Origin: Squalus acanthias
Lineage: Eukaryota
NCBI GenBank assembly: GCA_030390025.1
Contig: CM059432.1
Coordinates: 83,082,001-83,146,000, forward strand
Length of the DNA stretch: 64,000 bases
Direction of reading: 5' to 3'
In this document: in pieces, positions 37,867 to 51,059 of the stretch
Layout of the letters: each line of letters starts with the position of its first letter
Numbering within the stretch: the stretch's first letter is position 1
The notes under the pieces: model-generated
Seen by the model: only the letters and a program-made list of their open reading frames with translations
The model's database searches: none
What the model was told of the DNA's origin: nothing
Made by a program: the position numbers and the translations under genes

Positions 37867-39014
37867 CTGTGGGAAATTGATAAATTTCCTTTTATGAAAA
37901 TAGGTGGTATTTAAGGTGGTTTCATTACCATTGTGTTTGCACCACTTTCTGGGCCAAGAGGACAGCGTCAGCACTGCATTTAATTTGAGAGATCATGAAG
38001 AATAGAATCAAGATAATTATATTGTTTCTGGACGACAATTTAGACTGCTATGAATTAACAATCTGGTTGTGCATTTGGTATCATTTGAGTCGCAGATGGA
38101 ATAGCTGGAATTTAAATGAGGGCAAGCATTTATTTCCTGCTATCCAGCTGAATGATTTCTACCCCTGACGGCGCTGCTCTCTACAAGCATATGATCAGTT
38201 GCTTAGCACAACATAATCATCACATCACAGTCATGTGACTGATAAAAATTTCCAGAGGATTTGGCAGCAGCAAAGACAATGCTGAACCTAATAAAGCCAG
38301 TGGGAACTCATGGTGCTATCAACTCGAAGCTCCGCTAATATTCCACCTGCAAATTCAGCCAATATACAATTAACTCAAATGTAATTTACTTCAATTACAC
38401 ACGAGTCAACCTCTAACCTCCTGACCTTGTTTTACGCAGGGGCTGCAAAGTGGGCGATCCATCACCCGGATTCTCCACGGCATTATGTGGAGTGGTTACT
38501 AGTTCTATCTGGGCATACTGTACATGCCAGTACATGCACCAGCTCACAATTTAAAACCACTCCAGCTACTAACTAGTTACGGTCAGCCTCACAAAGCGAG
38601 AGAGAAAGTGTGTTTCAGTTTGCAAAATCCGGACCAAAACTGAAAGCTATGTATGCAAGGTTAAAAGTATAACCAAAAGAAACTCATTTTTAACCATGAG
38701 ATGAACAAAGTTAAATTGCAGTCAGTGGAGCAAGTCCTCTGATATGGTTTCTTCAGATCTTTACGCCATTGTGTCGTCAGCCACTGGTGCAACTTTTGTA
38801 GGGTATATTTGGGGTGAACCGAAGCAAACAAAGTCTAACATGTCGCCACTTAACACGGTCTTCCTTGGAGAGACAAATATTCTGTTTTTAACAAAAATAC
38901 AAAAGGGCTTGGCACCTTTCAGCAGCACAAACCAGTTCGAACCACATACTAATTGACAAAAACACCTTTCACACAGACAATATATAATCTGAATAAACAG
39001 AAAATATATTTCTT

Positions 39015-41365
39015 AGAATCAAAAATTTACGGCAAAGGCGGCCGCCGTTCGACCCACCATAGAAACATAGAAACATAGAATCTAGGAGCAGGAGTAGGCC
39101 ATTCGGCCCGTCGAGCCTGCTCCGCCATTCAATACGATCATGGCTGATCATCCAAATCCAGTACCCTGTCCCTGCTTTAATCCCCACAGTACACATATCC
39201 CACCCTACCCCCGTAACCCCACGTATTTAATTCCCCCTAACATATCCCATCCTATCCCCATAACCCCACATATTTAATCCCCCCTAACACTAAGGGTCAA
39301 TTTATCATAGCCAAATCAACCTAACCCACACATTTTTGGACTGTGGGAGGAAACCGGAGCACCCGGAGGAAACCCACGCAGACACGGGGAGAATGTGCAA
39401 ACTCCACACAGACAGTCACCCGAGGTCAGATTCGAACCCGGGTCTCTGGCGCTGTGAGGCACCAGTGCTAACCACTATGCCACCATGTCTGTGTCGGCCG
39501 AAAAAGAGCCATCAGCCTAATCCCACCTTCCAGCTCTTGGTCCGTAGCCTTGTAGGTTACAGCTCTTCAACTGCATATCCAAGTACTTTTTAAATGCGAT
39601 GAGGGTTTCTGCCTCTATCACCCTTTCAGGCAGCGAGTTCCAGATCCTCACCACCCTCTAGGTGCAAAAATTTCTCAACTCCCCACTAATCCTTCTACCA
39701 ATTACTTTAAATCTATGCCCCCTGGTTATGGACCTCTGCGCTAGAGGAAGTCTGCTCTATCTAGGACTCTCATAATTTTATACACCTCAATTAAGTCTCC
39801 CCTCCACCTCCTTTGCTCCAAAGAAAACAACCCCAGCCTATCCAATCTCTCCTCATAACTAAAATTCTCCAGTCCTGACAACATCCTCATAAAATCTCCT
39901 CTGTACACTCTAGTGCAATCACATCTTTCCTGTAATGTGGCGACCAGAACTGAGCAAAGTACTCTAGCTGTGGCCGAACTAGTTTTTTTTTTTTAATACA
40001 GTTCAAACATAACCTCCCTGCTCTTGTATTCTATGCCTCGGCTAATAAAGGAAAGTATCCTGTATGCCTTCTTAACCACCTTATCTACCCGTCCTGCTAC
40101 CTTCAGGGATCTGTGGACATGTACTCCAAAGTCCCTCTGTTCCTCTACACTTCAGTGTCCTACCATTTGTGTATTCCCTTGCCTTGTTAGCCCTCCCCAA
40201 ATGAATTACCTCACACTTCTCCAGATTGAATTCCATTTGCCACTTTTCTGCCCACCTGACCAGTCCATTGATATCTTCCTCCAGTCTACAGCTTTCTTTC
40301 TCACCATCAACCACATGGCCAATTTTTGAACTTCTTAATCATGCCTCCTACATTGAAGTATAAACCATTGATATATACCACAAAAAGCAAGGGACCTAGT
40401 ACTGAGCCCTGCGGAACCCTACTGGAAGCGGTCTTCCAGTCACAAAACACCCGTCGACCATTACCATTTGCTTCCTGCCACTGAGCCCATTTTGGATCTA
40501 ACTTGCCACTTTCCTTTGGATCTCATGGGCTTTTACTTTTCTGACCATGTAGACTACATCTAACATGCTACCCTCATCTACCCTCCTTGTTACCTCCTCA
40601 AAAAATTCAATCAAGTTAGTCAGACACAACCTTCCCTTAACAAATCCATGCTCACGGTCCTTGATTAATCCGTGGCTTTCTAAATGATGGTTAATACTGT
40701 CCCTCAGAATTTTTTCTAATAATTTGCCCACCACTGAGGTTAGGCTGACTGGCCTATAATTACCCGATCTATCCCTTTCTCACTTTTTAAACAGTACAAC
40801 ATTAGCAGTCCTCCGGTACAACAACTGTAGCCAGAGAGGATTGGAAAATAATGGTCAGAGCCTCCGCTATTTTCTCCCTTGCTTCTCAATAGCCTGGGAT
40901 ACATTTCATCCGGGCTTGGTGATTTATCTACTTTCAAAGATGCTAAACCTCTTAATATTTCCTCTCTCACTATGTTTATCTCATCTAATATTTCACACTT
41001 CTCCTCAACTACAACGTCGGCATCTCTTTTGTGAAGACAGACGCAAAGTATTCATTAAGAACCATACCCACGTCTTCCACCTCCACATGTCGATCTGTGC
41101 CCTCACCTCATCTGCCTTATTTCACTAGACTCCTTGCATTGAAGTATATACACCATTAAGCACTGCCAAACTCCTTTGGCGTCTATTTTCTAGCCTTTGT
41201 TTCCCCATGTCTTCCAAATTTACTGCCTTCCATTTCCAGTTTTCTTCTCTCCCTTCTGAATCTACGCTCAGTTTCCCATCCCCCTGCCAAGCTAGTTTAA
41301 ACCTTCCCCAACAGCACTAGCAAACCCCCCACCCAACCCCACCGCTCGAGGATATTGGTCCAGGC
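39015..41365 (-). mobile_element. CR1 LINE with internal deletions, 3' end interrupted by HE1 SINE
   Basis: Minus ORFs 40081-40314, 40498-40734 (HGFVKGRLCLTNLIEFF) and 40740-40970. Same subfamily as 33751-34705. Confidence 0.85.
39061..39486 (-). mobile_element. HE1-type V-SINE
   Basis: Minus strand: tRNA head (GGTGGCATAGTGGTTAGC..GGTTCGAATC), V domain GTGGAGTTTGCACATTCTCCCCGTGTCTGCGTGGGTTTCCTCCGGGTGCTCCGG, CR1-derived tail ending in TTTCTATG repeats. CCACCAT at both junctions. Confidence 0.9.
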
Positions 41366-41924
41366 CAATCTTTGGGCTAATGAAATCTATTCATAATGAA
41401 TACAAACTGCAGGAGTGTTCTATAATCCTGGACACAAAAATTAATCAAGCACGTCCAGCTACTTTACCCAAAGTTGCAATGGATGTGGTGCCTCAGAAAT
41501 TCCTCCAAACATTAAATGTTCAACCCATTTGAACCTTGATGTGTGAAAACAGGTCAGGAGTTCCAGCAAAGTGTCTGACGGTACATTCACACCACCACAG
41601 GTTTAATGTCGGTACAAAATTGTTTTGACTTTGCTAAACGTTGGAGTGTAAATTTAGTGTCAAAGCTCAAACTGACTGAAGCAAAGCAAAATGAGACTAC
41701 CCCATCCAGGAAGTCTCACTTCAGCGGCAGGTCAGGCCCCGACTCTGGATTCAGGCCACATTTACACTACAATTGCAGCATCACTGAAGTGAAACCACTT
41801 CGCACTGATGCTACAATTATAGGGTGAATGCACCCTTAGTCCAGTGCCAACAGTTCAGAAGTGGTTGCAAGTTTCCAGTCTTTCATATAGATTCATGTAT
41901 TCTGAAACCATGCAGAATAAAAAA

Positions 41925-42335
41925 AACTTGCATTTATATAGCATCCGTCATGTCCTCAGGTCATCCCAACGTGCTTTTAAAATGTAGTTACTGTTGCTCT
42001 GTAGCCAAATACAGCAGCCAATTTGCAAACGGTAAGATCCCACAAAATGCAATGAGATAAATGACCAATTCATACATTCTGGTGGTGATGGCGGAGGGAT
42101 AAATGTTGGACACCAGGAAAATTTCTCAGCTTTGCTTCAAATGGGACAATTGGATCGATTATGTCCATTTGATTAAGCAGAGACAGGAACTCAGTGTAAC
42201 ATTTGATCCGAACAACACCACCTCTGATCAGTGCAGTGTTGAGAGAGTACTGCATTAACAGCTTAAATCCTACAGTGGGGATTGAACCCATGATCTTCTG
42301 ACTCAGAGGCAAGAGTGCTACAACTGAATTAAGTC
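41925..42335 (-). mobile_element. Degenerate DeuSINE
   Basis: CTTGCATTTATATAGC...TTCTGACTCAGAGGCAAGAGTGCTAC is the reverse complement of the SINE tail and head. Confidence 0.8.
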
Positions 42336-42589
42336 AATACTAATGCATTCCAAGTAAACCTGTGCCAGTCTTCTTTAAATGATACACAATTCAGAAGTCA
42401 ATCTAAGTTTCCACTGCACTTGTATAAACCTTTCCCTTTGTAAAAAAAAAGTAAAAAAGGAACTTACGCGCACAAACTGCAGTATTGACACTGGATTTTA
42501 GTCAACTGTAATTTGGGCATGTAAAGTTTTCATACTTTGGCCACTTAGACTATGAAAAAAACCAATGGTCCTCAGCTTCATCCCCTTAC

Positions 42590-43775
42590 ATCAACTTTGC
42601 TTCCAATTTCCACCCTTCCCTCGCCTTCACATGGTCCATCTCCGACTCTTCCCTTCCTCGACTTCTGTGTCTCCATTTCTGGGGGGTAGGCTATCGACCA
42701 ATATCCACTATAAGCCCACTGACTCCCACAGCTGCATTGACTACAGTTCATCCCACCCCGCTTCCTGTAAGGACTCTATTCCATTCTCTCCCAGTTTCTC
42801 AGTCTCCGTTGCATCTGTTCTGACGATGCCACCTTCCATATCAGCGCTTCAGATTGGTCTGCCTTTTTCTTCAACCGAGGATTCCCCTTCACCGCAGTTG
42901 ACAGGGCCCTCAAACGTGTCTGTTCCATTTCCCGCACTTCTGCCCTCAACCCTTCCCCTCCCTCTTAGAACAATGGGGTTTCCCTTGACCTCACCTTCCA
43001 CCCCACCAGCCTCCACATCCAATGGATCATACGCCACCATTTCCGCCACCTCCAGCATGATCCCACCACCAAACACATCTTCTACTCTCTTTTCAGCATT
43101 CTGAAAGGACAGTTCCCTCCGCGACACCTTGGTCTACTCCTCAATCACAGCTAACACCCCCTCCCTTCCCACGCAAGCACAGGAGATGCAATACCTGTCC
43201 TTTTACCTCCTCCGTCCCCACCACCCAGGGTCCCAAACACTCCTTCCAGGTAAAACTGCAATTTACTTGCACTTCTTTCAATTTAGTATATTGTATTCAC
43301 TGCTCATGATGCAGTCTCCTCTACACTGGAGACCAAACACAGATTAGGTGACCGCTTTACGGAACACCTCCTTTCAATCCACAAGCGTGACCCCGAGCTT
43401 CCGGTCACCAGTCACTTTAATTCTCCACTCGACTCCCACTGTCCTCGGCCAACGTAAGTTTGAGGAACAGCACCTCATCTTTCGATTAGGCACTTTACAG
43501 CCTTCCGGACACAGTGAATTCAACAATTTCAGATCATAACCTCTGCCCCCACGGCAGCTGATGATGATTCGGCTATTCCCATTTACACCTCATCTAGACT
43601 CATCTTTTGTTTCTTTACTTGTCCTATTATCATCTACTTTTGCTTTGTACAATCATACTGTTTGTCATTTAATCTCTCCTGCCTTCCACCCTATCACAGA
43701 CCTTCCCTGTTGTTCTTTCCTCCCTTCCCCCCTTTCCCTGCCTCTGCACGTGCTGAAAACCGGTTATATCTCTTC
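42590..43775 (+). mobile_element. Penelope-like element (RT C-terminal part + GIY-YIG), decayed
   Basis: NFASNFHP, IHYKPTDSHS, EEQHLIFRLGTLQPSG. Colinear with 51097-52290. Confidence 0.85.
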
Positions 43776-43951
43776 CGATCCTTCATCGTCGCTGGGTCAA
43801 AATCCTGGAACTCCCTCCCTAACAGCACTGTGGGAGTACCTTCACCACACGGACTACAGCGGTTCAAAAAGGCGGCTCACCACCACATTCTCAAGGGCAA
43901 TAAATGTTGGCCTTGCCAGCGACACCCACATCCCATAAACGAATAAAAAAA
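43776..43951 (+). mobile_element. 3' end of the second CR1-clade family
   Basis: SFIVAGSKSWNSLPNSTVGVPSPHGLQRFKKAAHHH plus poly-A, as at 17400-17590. Confidence 0.9.
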
Positions 43952-44739
43952 TGCCCTGTGCAACTCTGCAATGCAAATCTACCCACATTACTCTCTTCCA
44001 TCTGCTGGAAGTCAGGTAAAAAACAATGGCAACAGCTTGGAAGCAGGCCTGCTGCCCCACCAATTACAGAAGGTACATGGTCCATGGATGGAAAGGACAG
44101 GGGAAAAAAACTGCTGCATTCAACATATCCAAAACAAAGGCACACATCATTCCAGGCTTACAACAGAGTTCAGAATCCTTCATTAAAGGCTTGATGATCT
44201 CAAAGCAACTTCTAACTGCCAACATGTTGTGCAAGGTACAGAACCTGCAATACTTGTTTGCCAACTAGAGAATATGGCCAGATGTACCGTATAAAGAACT
44301 ACCATTTTGTTATATGTATTTCAAACACTTATCAGTGACACTACCTAATTATTTTCACCAATTATCATTCATTTTTCTTCTGTTCACTTTTACTGCATGT
44401 TAACTGCATAAGTAGTTATAGAATTCAGTTATACTTTTATTTTCTTCCAAGATGCTGTGGGTAATTGCAGGACCTGGTGTTGTACTGAGCCATGCAGACA
44501 AGATCTCAGGTCCGGTCCATGGTCTGACTTGCCGGATCTCTGCCACGGTACCAGTAGGAGTGTTACAAGTGACCTCAGAGCCCTTGAGCTTCAGAAGTTT
44601 GGGAGATGAGAGTAAGGCGAGAAGGTGGAAACCAGCCAGTGATCTAAATGCTTATCACTATCATAAACCAAGTTTAGAGACAGCACTTGTGTCATCATTC
44701 TGTGCGGTAAAAACTCTTCATCTTTGCTCTCAACTCTAT

Positions 44740-45450
44740 CCCTCTCGTAGCTGCTCACTAAGGTTGAATCAGATGGTGCACAAATTTAGTGTCCCACTAT
44801 CTGAAGCCGAGCGTCAGACCCCATATCCTATCCATCAGTAACACAGCATGCCTCTATATTTGCTACAGTGCCTACCTTTGCCATCGCACCTCATCCACCA
44901 TTGAAACCCTTACCCCATGGTTTTTTAACCTCAACGTCTTAAGTCCCTCCTCGCTAACTTCCTGAGCTCACTATAAAAACTTCACTTGTCCAAAACTCCA
45001 CTGGCTGCATCCTGTTCTATACTACCATCACCTTTCTCCTTACTAATATCCATTAGCTCCCCGTCACCCCCAGCGTACCAAAATCAAATACCTTATAATT
45101 TACAAATCCCTCCATGGTCTTGCCCATCTCAGTAACCTCCGCCAGCCTTGCATACCAGCTATGGTCCTCCTCCAAATTCTATACATTCCACTTCACATTC
45201 TGCACCGCTTCCCTCCCCTCCTTACCCCACCGCCATGGACTCTCATTTGATGGCAAAACTTTCAGCAGTCTCGGTTCCTATTCTCCAGAATTCCCTCTCT
45301 AAACCTCTTTGCCTTGCTACTTCAGTTTCTACCTTTAAAAGTCTGCTCAAAATCTATCTTTTAAACTATGCAATCAGTTACCTCTCCCAATTCTTTTACT
45401 ACCACTTGGTTCATTCTCTGTGAAGGACTTTGGGACGTTTATTACATTAA
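44740..45450 (+). mobile_element. Highly decayed L2
   Basis: Colinear degenerate match to L2 3' region. Confidence 0.65.
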
Positions 45451-45624
45451 AAAATGTGGATCGGGCTCTTCTCCCACCAGCACAACCGTAACAATTGAGA
45501 CTCCTCCGTCAATTTGATGGGAGACTCCATCAGCATACGGACAGAATTTCTGAAAAATGTTCCGGATTGCAACATATGCCCCAAACTTTGCATCATATCT
45601 ACATGCAGCTGGTTTCAAAACACT

Positions 45625-45900
45625 AGTCTTGAGTTAGCCAATCCTAGCTGGGGCATTACAATTAGCCTCAGCATATTGGGCTAAGAGGGAAACAAAATTA
45701 GCTAGGGATCCTGTTCACATGACCCATGCTAGAAAGTACACGTACAGACATCAGACAAGGGCAGGATCATGCTTGGCTATGATGAAGCCATGGTCGATTA
45801 ACCTGCCATACTCCCCATCAGGACCACCATAGAAATAATGGCCACTTGGCCATGGAAATATACTCCAGCAATGAGGCAACACCTTCCAGAGGTGAGAAAA
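45625..45900 (+). mobile_element. Old SINE-like repeat copy
   Basis: TACAATTAGCCTCAGC...GGGCAGGATCATGCTTGGCTATGATG...ATGGCCACTTGG. Confidence 0.6.
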
Positions 45901-48420
45901 TAATTTGCAAAAATATGGTTTCAGTTCTAATTTTAATCAACATTTTCCACAATAGCCACTTGTCTCTACAAAGCTAGACTGTCCATGGTTTTGTTACTTT
46001 TTTCCGACGGACCTGCAGGGTGGGAGACAAAATTGTATGAGGAACAAGATTATAGCAATCCCACTGTCAAGCAAATATTTTCAATACAATTGCTAAATTG
46101 GATCTAGACAAATAAACTGGCTCTTCTTTCTTCATTCTTTTAGTCATTATACGCCTGCCCTTTGGAATTCACTCCCTAACCACATTGTCTCTCTCCATGC
46201 CTCAGAAGCCTTTTTAAAAAGCTATTTCGTTGACAACAAATTTAGTTTCCTATTTCTCTTCCCCCTTTAATCGTTGTTTGGTCGCATCCGATGTGCCTTG
46301 TAAAGCACCGAGGTCGTTCCCTACAAGAAGAGTGCCATAAAAATCCAAATCCTTGTTATTGATTTTGCAGTCAGATTTCCCTATTCCGTGTAACATTTTA
46401 TGGAAAAGGACACAGCAGGATCATTGTCCTGCAATAACATACATAACTTCCAAATGCCTTTGATGGTTAAAAGTAGATGAATTTGAACATGTAAATTTTG
46501 TTACTGCATGTAACAAAATCAAAATTAAAACAAAAAAGGAATCCATAATCGAAATCAGTATTAAAGCCATGAAAATCTAACAGCACTGTCCCTTTAAAGT
46601 GAACACATGAAGTCTTTACAAGGCAGTGTTAGAAAAAAATGCCAAACAGAGGTCACACACAGATTTTAATGCAAATTACTTCAAGAACAAACCACATTGA
46701 AGGGATCTGGCCATGAGAAAGACTGTTGGAACAGCAAACATACTGGAGGTGAACAGTTGGACTGGCGAGTGTGATCAGGACTAGACAATGGATTCAGGAG
46801 GAGGAGTTCTATGGTCCATGCAGAGGCATTTTCACAGAGTACACAATGGTGAAAAAGACAGGCCACCTGACAGTGATGATGAATGTTGCAAAAGGACAAA
46901 GGATCAGTGACTCAACCACTGATACTTAAATGAAGAGCAAGATTGTTCCATTATTATACAAAGAGGAAAACAAAATTTACATTAACCTTACAAAAACTAG
47001 GATTACATTTAGTCTGATAAATCTCACATTAAAAATGCCTGCCTCTGTAAATGTATCACATTGTATTGCAGCTGTAAGACCTCAGTTGCAGTAACCTGCT
47101 CTTGACCCCCATACCAGGGACTCGAGTCACTGTTTATAGGCTATAGCTAGCATTGTTTATACAGACTCATCAATCTAAATTAAAGAAAAAGTATTGACTT
47201 CCCATGCTTTTTAATATCCCTTCTGCAATTTAATCAATCCTTTCTTTCAATGTGATTTAATACTGTATGTAATGAAGTGTAAAAAAACCCTCTTTGCCCC
47301 ATATACTGTTACTGCACATAAACTGTATTCAAACCAGTTATGTTTTTGATCATAATGGTTTACATATGGAAAACATCAATTTTAAGTTGCACATTTAGCC
47401 AGGATGCTATGCTCAGGAACGAAAAGGGTGCATAACCCACACAAACAAACACCACCTTCCTTCCCTTTCTGTAATACCAACCAGTTCTTGCTCATGACAT
47501 AAACTCCATTTACTGCTGAGCTAAGAGTTTCCCTTATGCATTACTGGGTGGGGCAATCACAAGCTAGGACAAAACAAACTCTACTGAATGCAATTCCCAG
47601 TGGCCCATCAGCTGAGCCACAAAGACAGCTCTGGTACAAGAACTCATGTTCTAGGATAGATCAGTATACATGCATTATGACATGGGTCAGCCTCTGCTCA
47701 CAGTCACACAATCGCACTCTCGCCAGCAAGAGTCACAGCCTGAGAAAGGATACAGAAAGAAATAGAAAATAAGATACTTTAGTACAAATATAACCACCTT
47801 CAAAATTCTTGGAAAATCCACAGAAGGGTTAAATTTCAGAAGCCATATAAATTTTAAATTACAGCCTATAGCTATTGCACTGATCTCTGAAGCAGTTTAC
47901 ACAAGAGAGCAAGTTATGTTCAGACCTAGTAAACTGAAGTGAATTCAACCTGCATCTAGTCTTCAACTAAATGAAACTCGAACACTGTAGTGAAACCTGC
48001 GCACCACTTCAAAGGAAACAGGAGTCAACAGACTTGATTGGCAGAGTAAATAAACTGCACTATCCACACAGTCCAACAATTTAAGATAGCCATAAACTGG
48101 AGGAATAATAATAGACCAGTCAACAAATTTCACTCCACAACTGACCTAAAAATCCAACTCTACTAGATTAAGCAACAAGTACATACTTCAGACCAATATC
48201 TTAATAAATTAAATGTAATCCTTAAGTAAACTTTACATTCTAAATTTCTGAAATATTTATCAGAATATTCAAATAATGTAAGAGGCATTGAAGTATCACA
48301 TCACTGAGTGCAGAACTCATTCTGGGTATTAGCCGGCTCACCATTTGACAATGTTTCCAGCGAGAGAAATGCCATATATATTTCCTTTTGAAAGAGAGAC
48401 CAATAGACATCCTGGCTGCA

Positions 48421-50614
48421 CATAAGAACCTAAGACGTAGGAGCAGGAGTAGGTCATTTGGCTCCTCGAGCCTGCTCCGCCATTCAATAAGATCATGGCT
48501 GATCTGATCTTGGCCTCAACTCCACTTCCCTGATCGCTCCCCATAACCCTTGACTCCCTTACCATTCAAAAATCTGTCTATCTCCACCTTAAATATATTC
48601 AATGACCCAGCCTCCATAGCTCTCTGGGGAAGAGAATTCCAAAGATTCACAACCCTCAGAAGAAATGCCTCCTCATTTCGGATTTAAAAGGGTGCCCCTT
48701 ATTCTGAAATTATGCCCCCTAGTTCTAGATTCCCCCACGAGGGGAAACATCCTCGCTACATCTACCCTGTCAAGCCCCTTCAGAATCTTATACATTTCAA
48801 TAAGATCCCCTCTCATTCTTCTAAAGTCCAATGAGTATAGGCCCAACCTGCTCAACCATGCTTCATAAGATAACCCCTTCATCTCCGGAATCAACCTCAT
48901 GAACCTTCTCTGAACTGCCTCCAATGCAAGTATATCCTTCCTTAAATAAGGAGACCAAAACTGTACGTAGTACTCCAGGTGTGGTCTCACCAATAGTTGT
49001 AACAGGACTTCCCTACTTTTATACTCCATTCCCTTTGCAATAAAGGCCAACACTCCATTTGCCTTCCTAATTACTTGCTGTACCTGCATGCTAACTTTGT
49101 GTGATTCATGTACAAGGACCCCCAGATCTCTCTGTACCTCAGCATTTTGTAATCTCTCCCCATTTAAATAATAATTTGCTTTTCTATTTTTGCTACCAAA
49201 GTGGATAACCTCACATTTTCCCCACATTAAACGCCATCTGCCAGATTTTTGCCCACTCACTTAGCCTATCTATATCCCTTTGGAGATTCTTTGCGTCCTC
49301 CACACAATTTGCTTTCCCACCTATCTTTGTATCATCAGCAAATTTGGCTACATTACATTCGGTCCCTTCATCCAAGTCATTAATATAGATTGTAAATAGT
49401 TGAGGCCCCAGCACTGATCCCTGCGGCACCTCGCTAGTTACAGTTTGCTAACCTGAAAATGACCCATTTATCCCGACTCTCTGTTTTCTGTTAGTTAGCC
49501 AACCCTCTATCCATGCTAATATATTACCCCCAACCCTGTGAGCTCTTATCTTGTGTGGTAACCTTTTATGTGGCACCTTATCGAATGCCTTCTGGAAATC
49601 CAAATACATATCTACTGGTTCCCCTTTATCCACCCTGTTCGTTACATCCTCAAAAGAACTCCAGCAAATTTGTCAAACATGATTTCCCTTTCATAAAACC
49701 ATGCTGACTCTGCTTGACTAGATTATGATTTTCTAAATGTCCTGCTATCACTTCCTTAATGATGGACCCCTGCATTTTCCCAATGACAGATGTTAGGCTA
49801 ACTGGTCGATAGTTGCCTGTTTTCTGTCTCCCTCCTTTCTTTAATAGGGGCGTTACATTTGCGGTTTTCCAGTCCACTGGGACCTCTCCAGAATCCAGGG
49901 AATTTTGGTAGATTACAACCAATGCATCCACTATCTCTGCAGCCACCTCTTAAGACTCTAGGATGCAGGCCATCAGGTCCAGGGGACTTGTCCACCTTTA
50001 GTCCCATTAGTTTGCCTAGTACTTTCTCTCTAGTGATAGTGATCGTTTTAAGTTCCCCCCCACCCACCACCCCATAGCCCCTTGATTATCCATTATTGGG
50101 ATGCTTTTAGTGTCTTCTAACGTGAAGATCGATGCAAAATATTTGTTGAAAGTCTCCGCCATTTCCCTGTTTCCCATTATTAATTCCCCAGACTCATCCT
50201 CTAGGGGACCAACGTTTACTTTAGCTACTCTCTTCCTTTTTATATACCTGTAGAAGCTCTTACTGTCTGTTTTTATATTTCTTGCTAGCTTACTCTCATA
50301 AGCCATCTTCTCTCTCTCTATCATTTTTTTAGTTGTCCTTCGCTGGTTTTTAAAAATTTCCCAATCCTCTGGCCTTCACTATTCTTCGCAACATTGTATG
50401 CTTTTGTTTTCAATTTGATACCATCCTTTACTTCCTTAGTTAGCCACGGATGGTTCATCCTTCTCAGTCTTTCTTTCTCACTGGAAAATATCTTTGCTGA
50501 GAGTTATGAAATATCTCCTTAAATGTTTGCCACTGCTTTTCTACAGTCTTACCCTGCAATATATTTTCCCAGTCCACTTTAACCAAGTCTGCCTTCATAC
50601 CTTTGTAATTACCT
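48421..50614 (-). mobile_element. 5'-truncated CR1, same subfamily as copy A
   Basis: Near-identical to 2736-4905. Minus ORFs with PQGSVLGP, FADDTK, YLDFQKAFDKV. Confidence 0.95.
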
Positions 50615-51059
50615 GTGCTTTCTGATGCCCAACAACTCCAGGGACAATCTACAAACACAATGATCTCAACAGGCAGGATGACAAAGCCCCATGTCATCTT
50701 AGAATGGTAGTTTGCAGGCTTTTGCTGCAATGTAAAAGACCAGAAATACCATTACATCACTACTGATGAAGTCACTAGAAACATAAGTTTAAGAAAACAT
50801 CTTAACTTTCATTATCTTCCAGATTACTGTACAAATTGATACTTCAAATTCCTACTGAAGCACCTTCTACTACTGCCTTCAAAATGTTCAAAACTACAAC
50901 TTAACAAAATTCATCACTATGCAAGCCATTTCAAATGCGTTGATGACACCTAGCTCCACCACCTCTCGATCCCTCGGCTGCCTCTGCCTTGTCAAACTTG
51001 TCCAACAGGCACTCGTAGATAAGTCTTAACTTCCGCCAACACAACATCAGGAAGACTGA

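Noticed and set aside
38435..38655. Possible hAT-type remnants (also ~18500-18610 and ~45470-45620)
   Set aside because: CpG-containing ends are suggestive, but I could not define matching TIRs or TSDs.
46681..46899. Possible exon or ORF in unique sequence
   Set aside because: Splice signals are weak and no protein is recognisable in any frame I checked.
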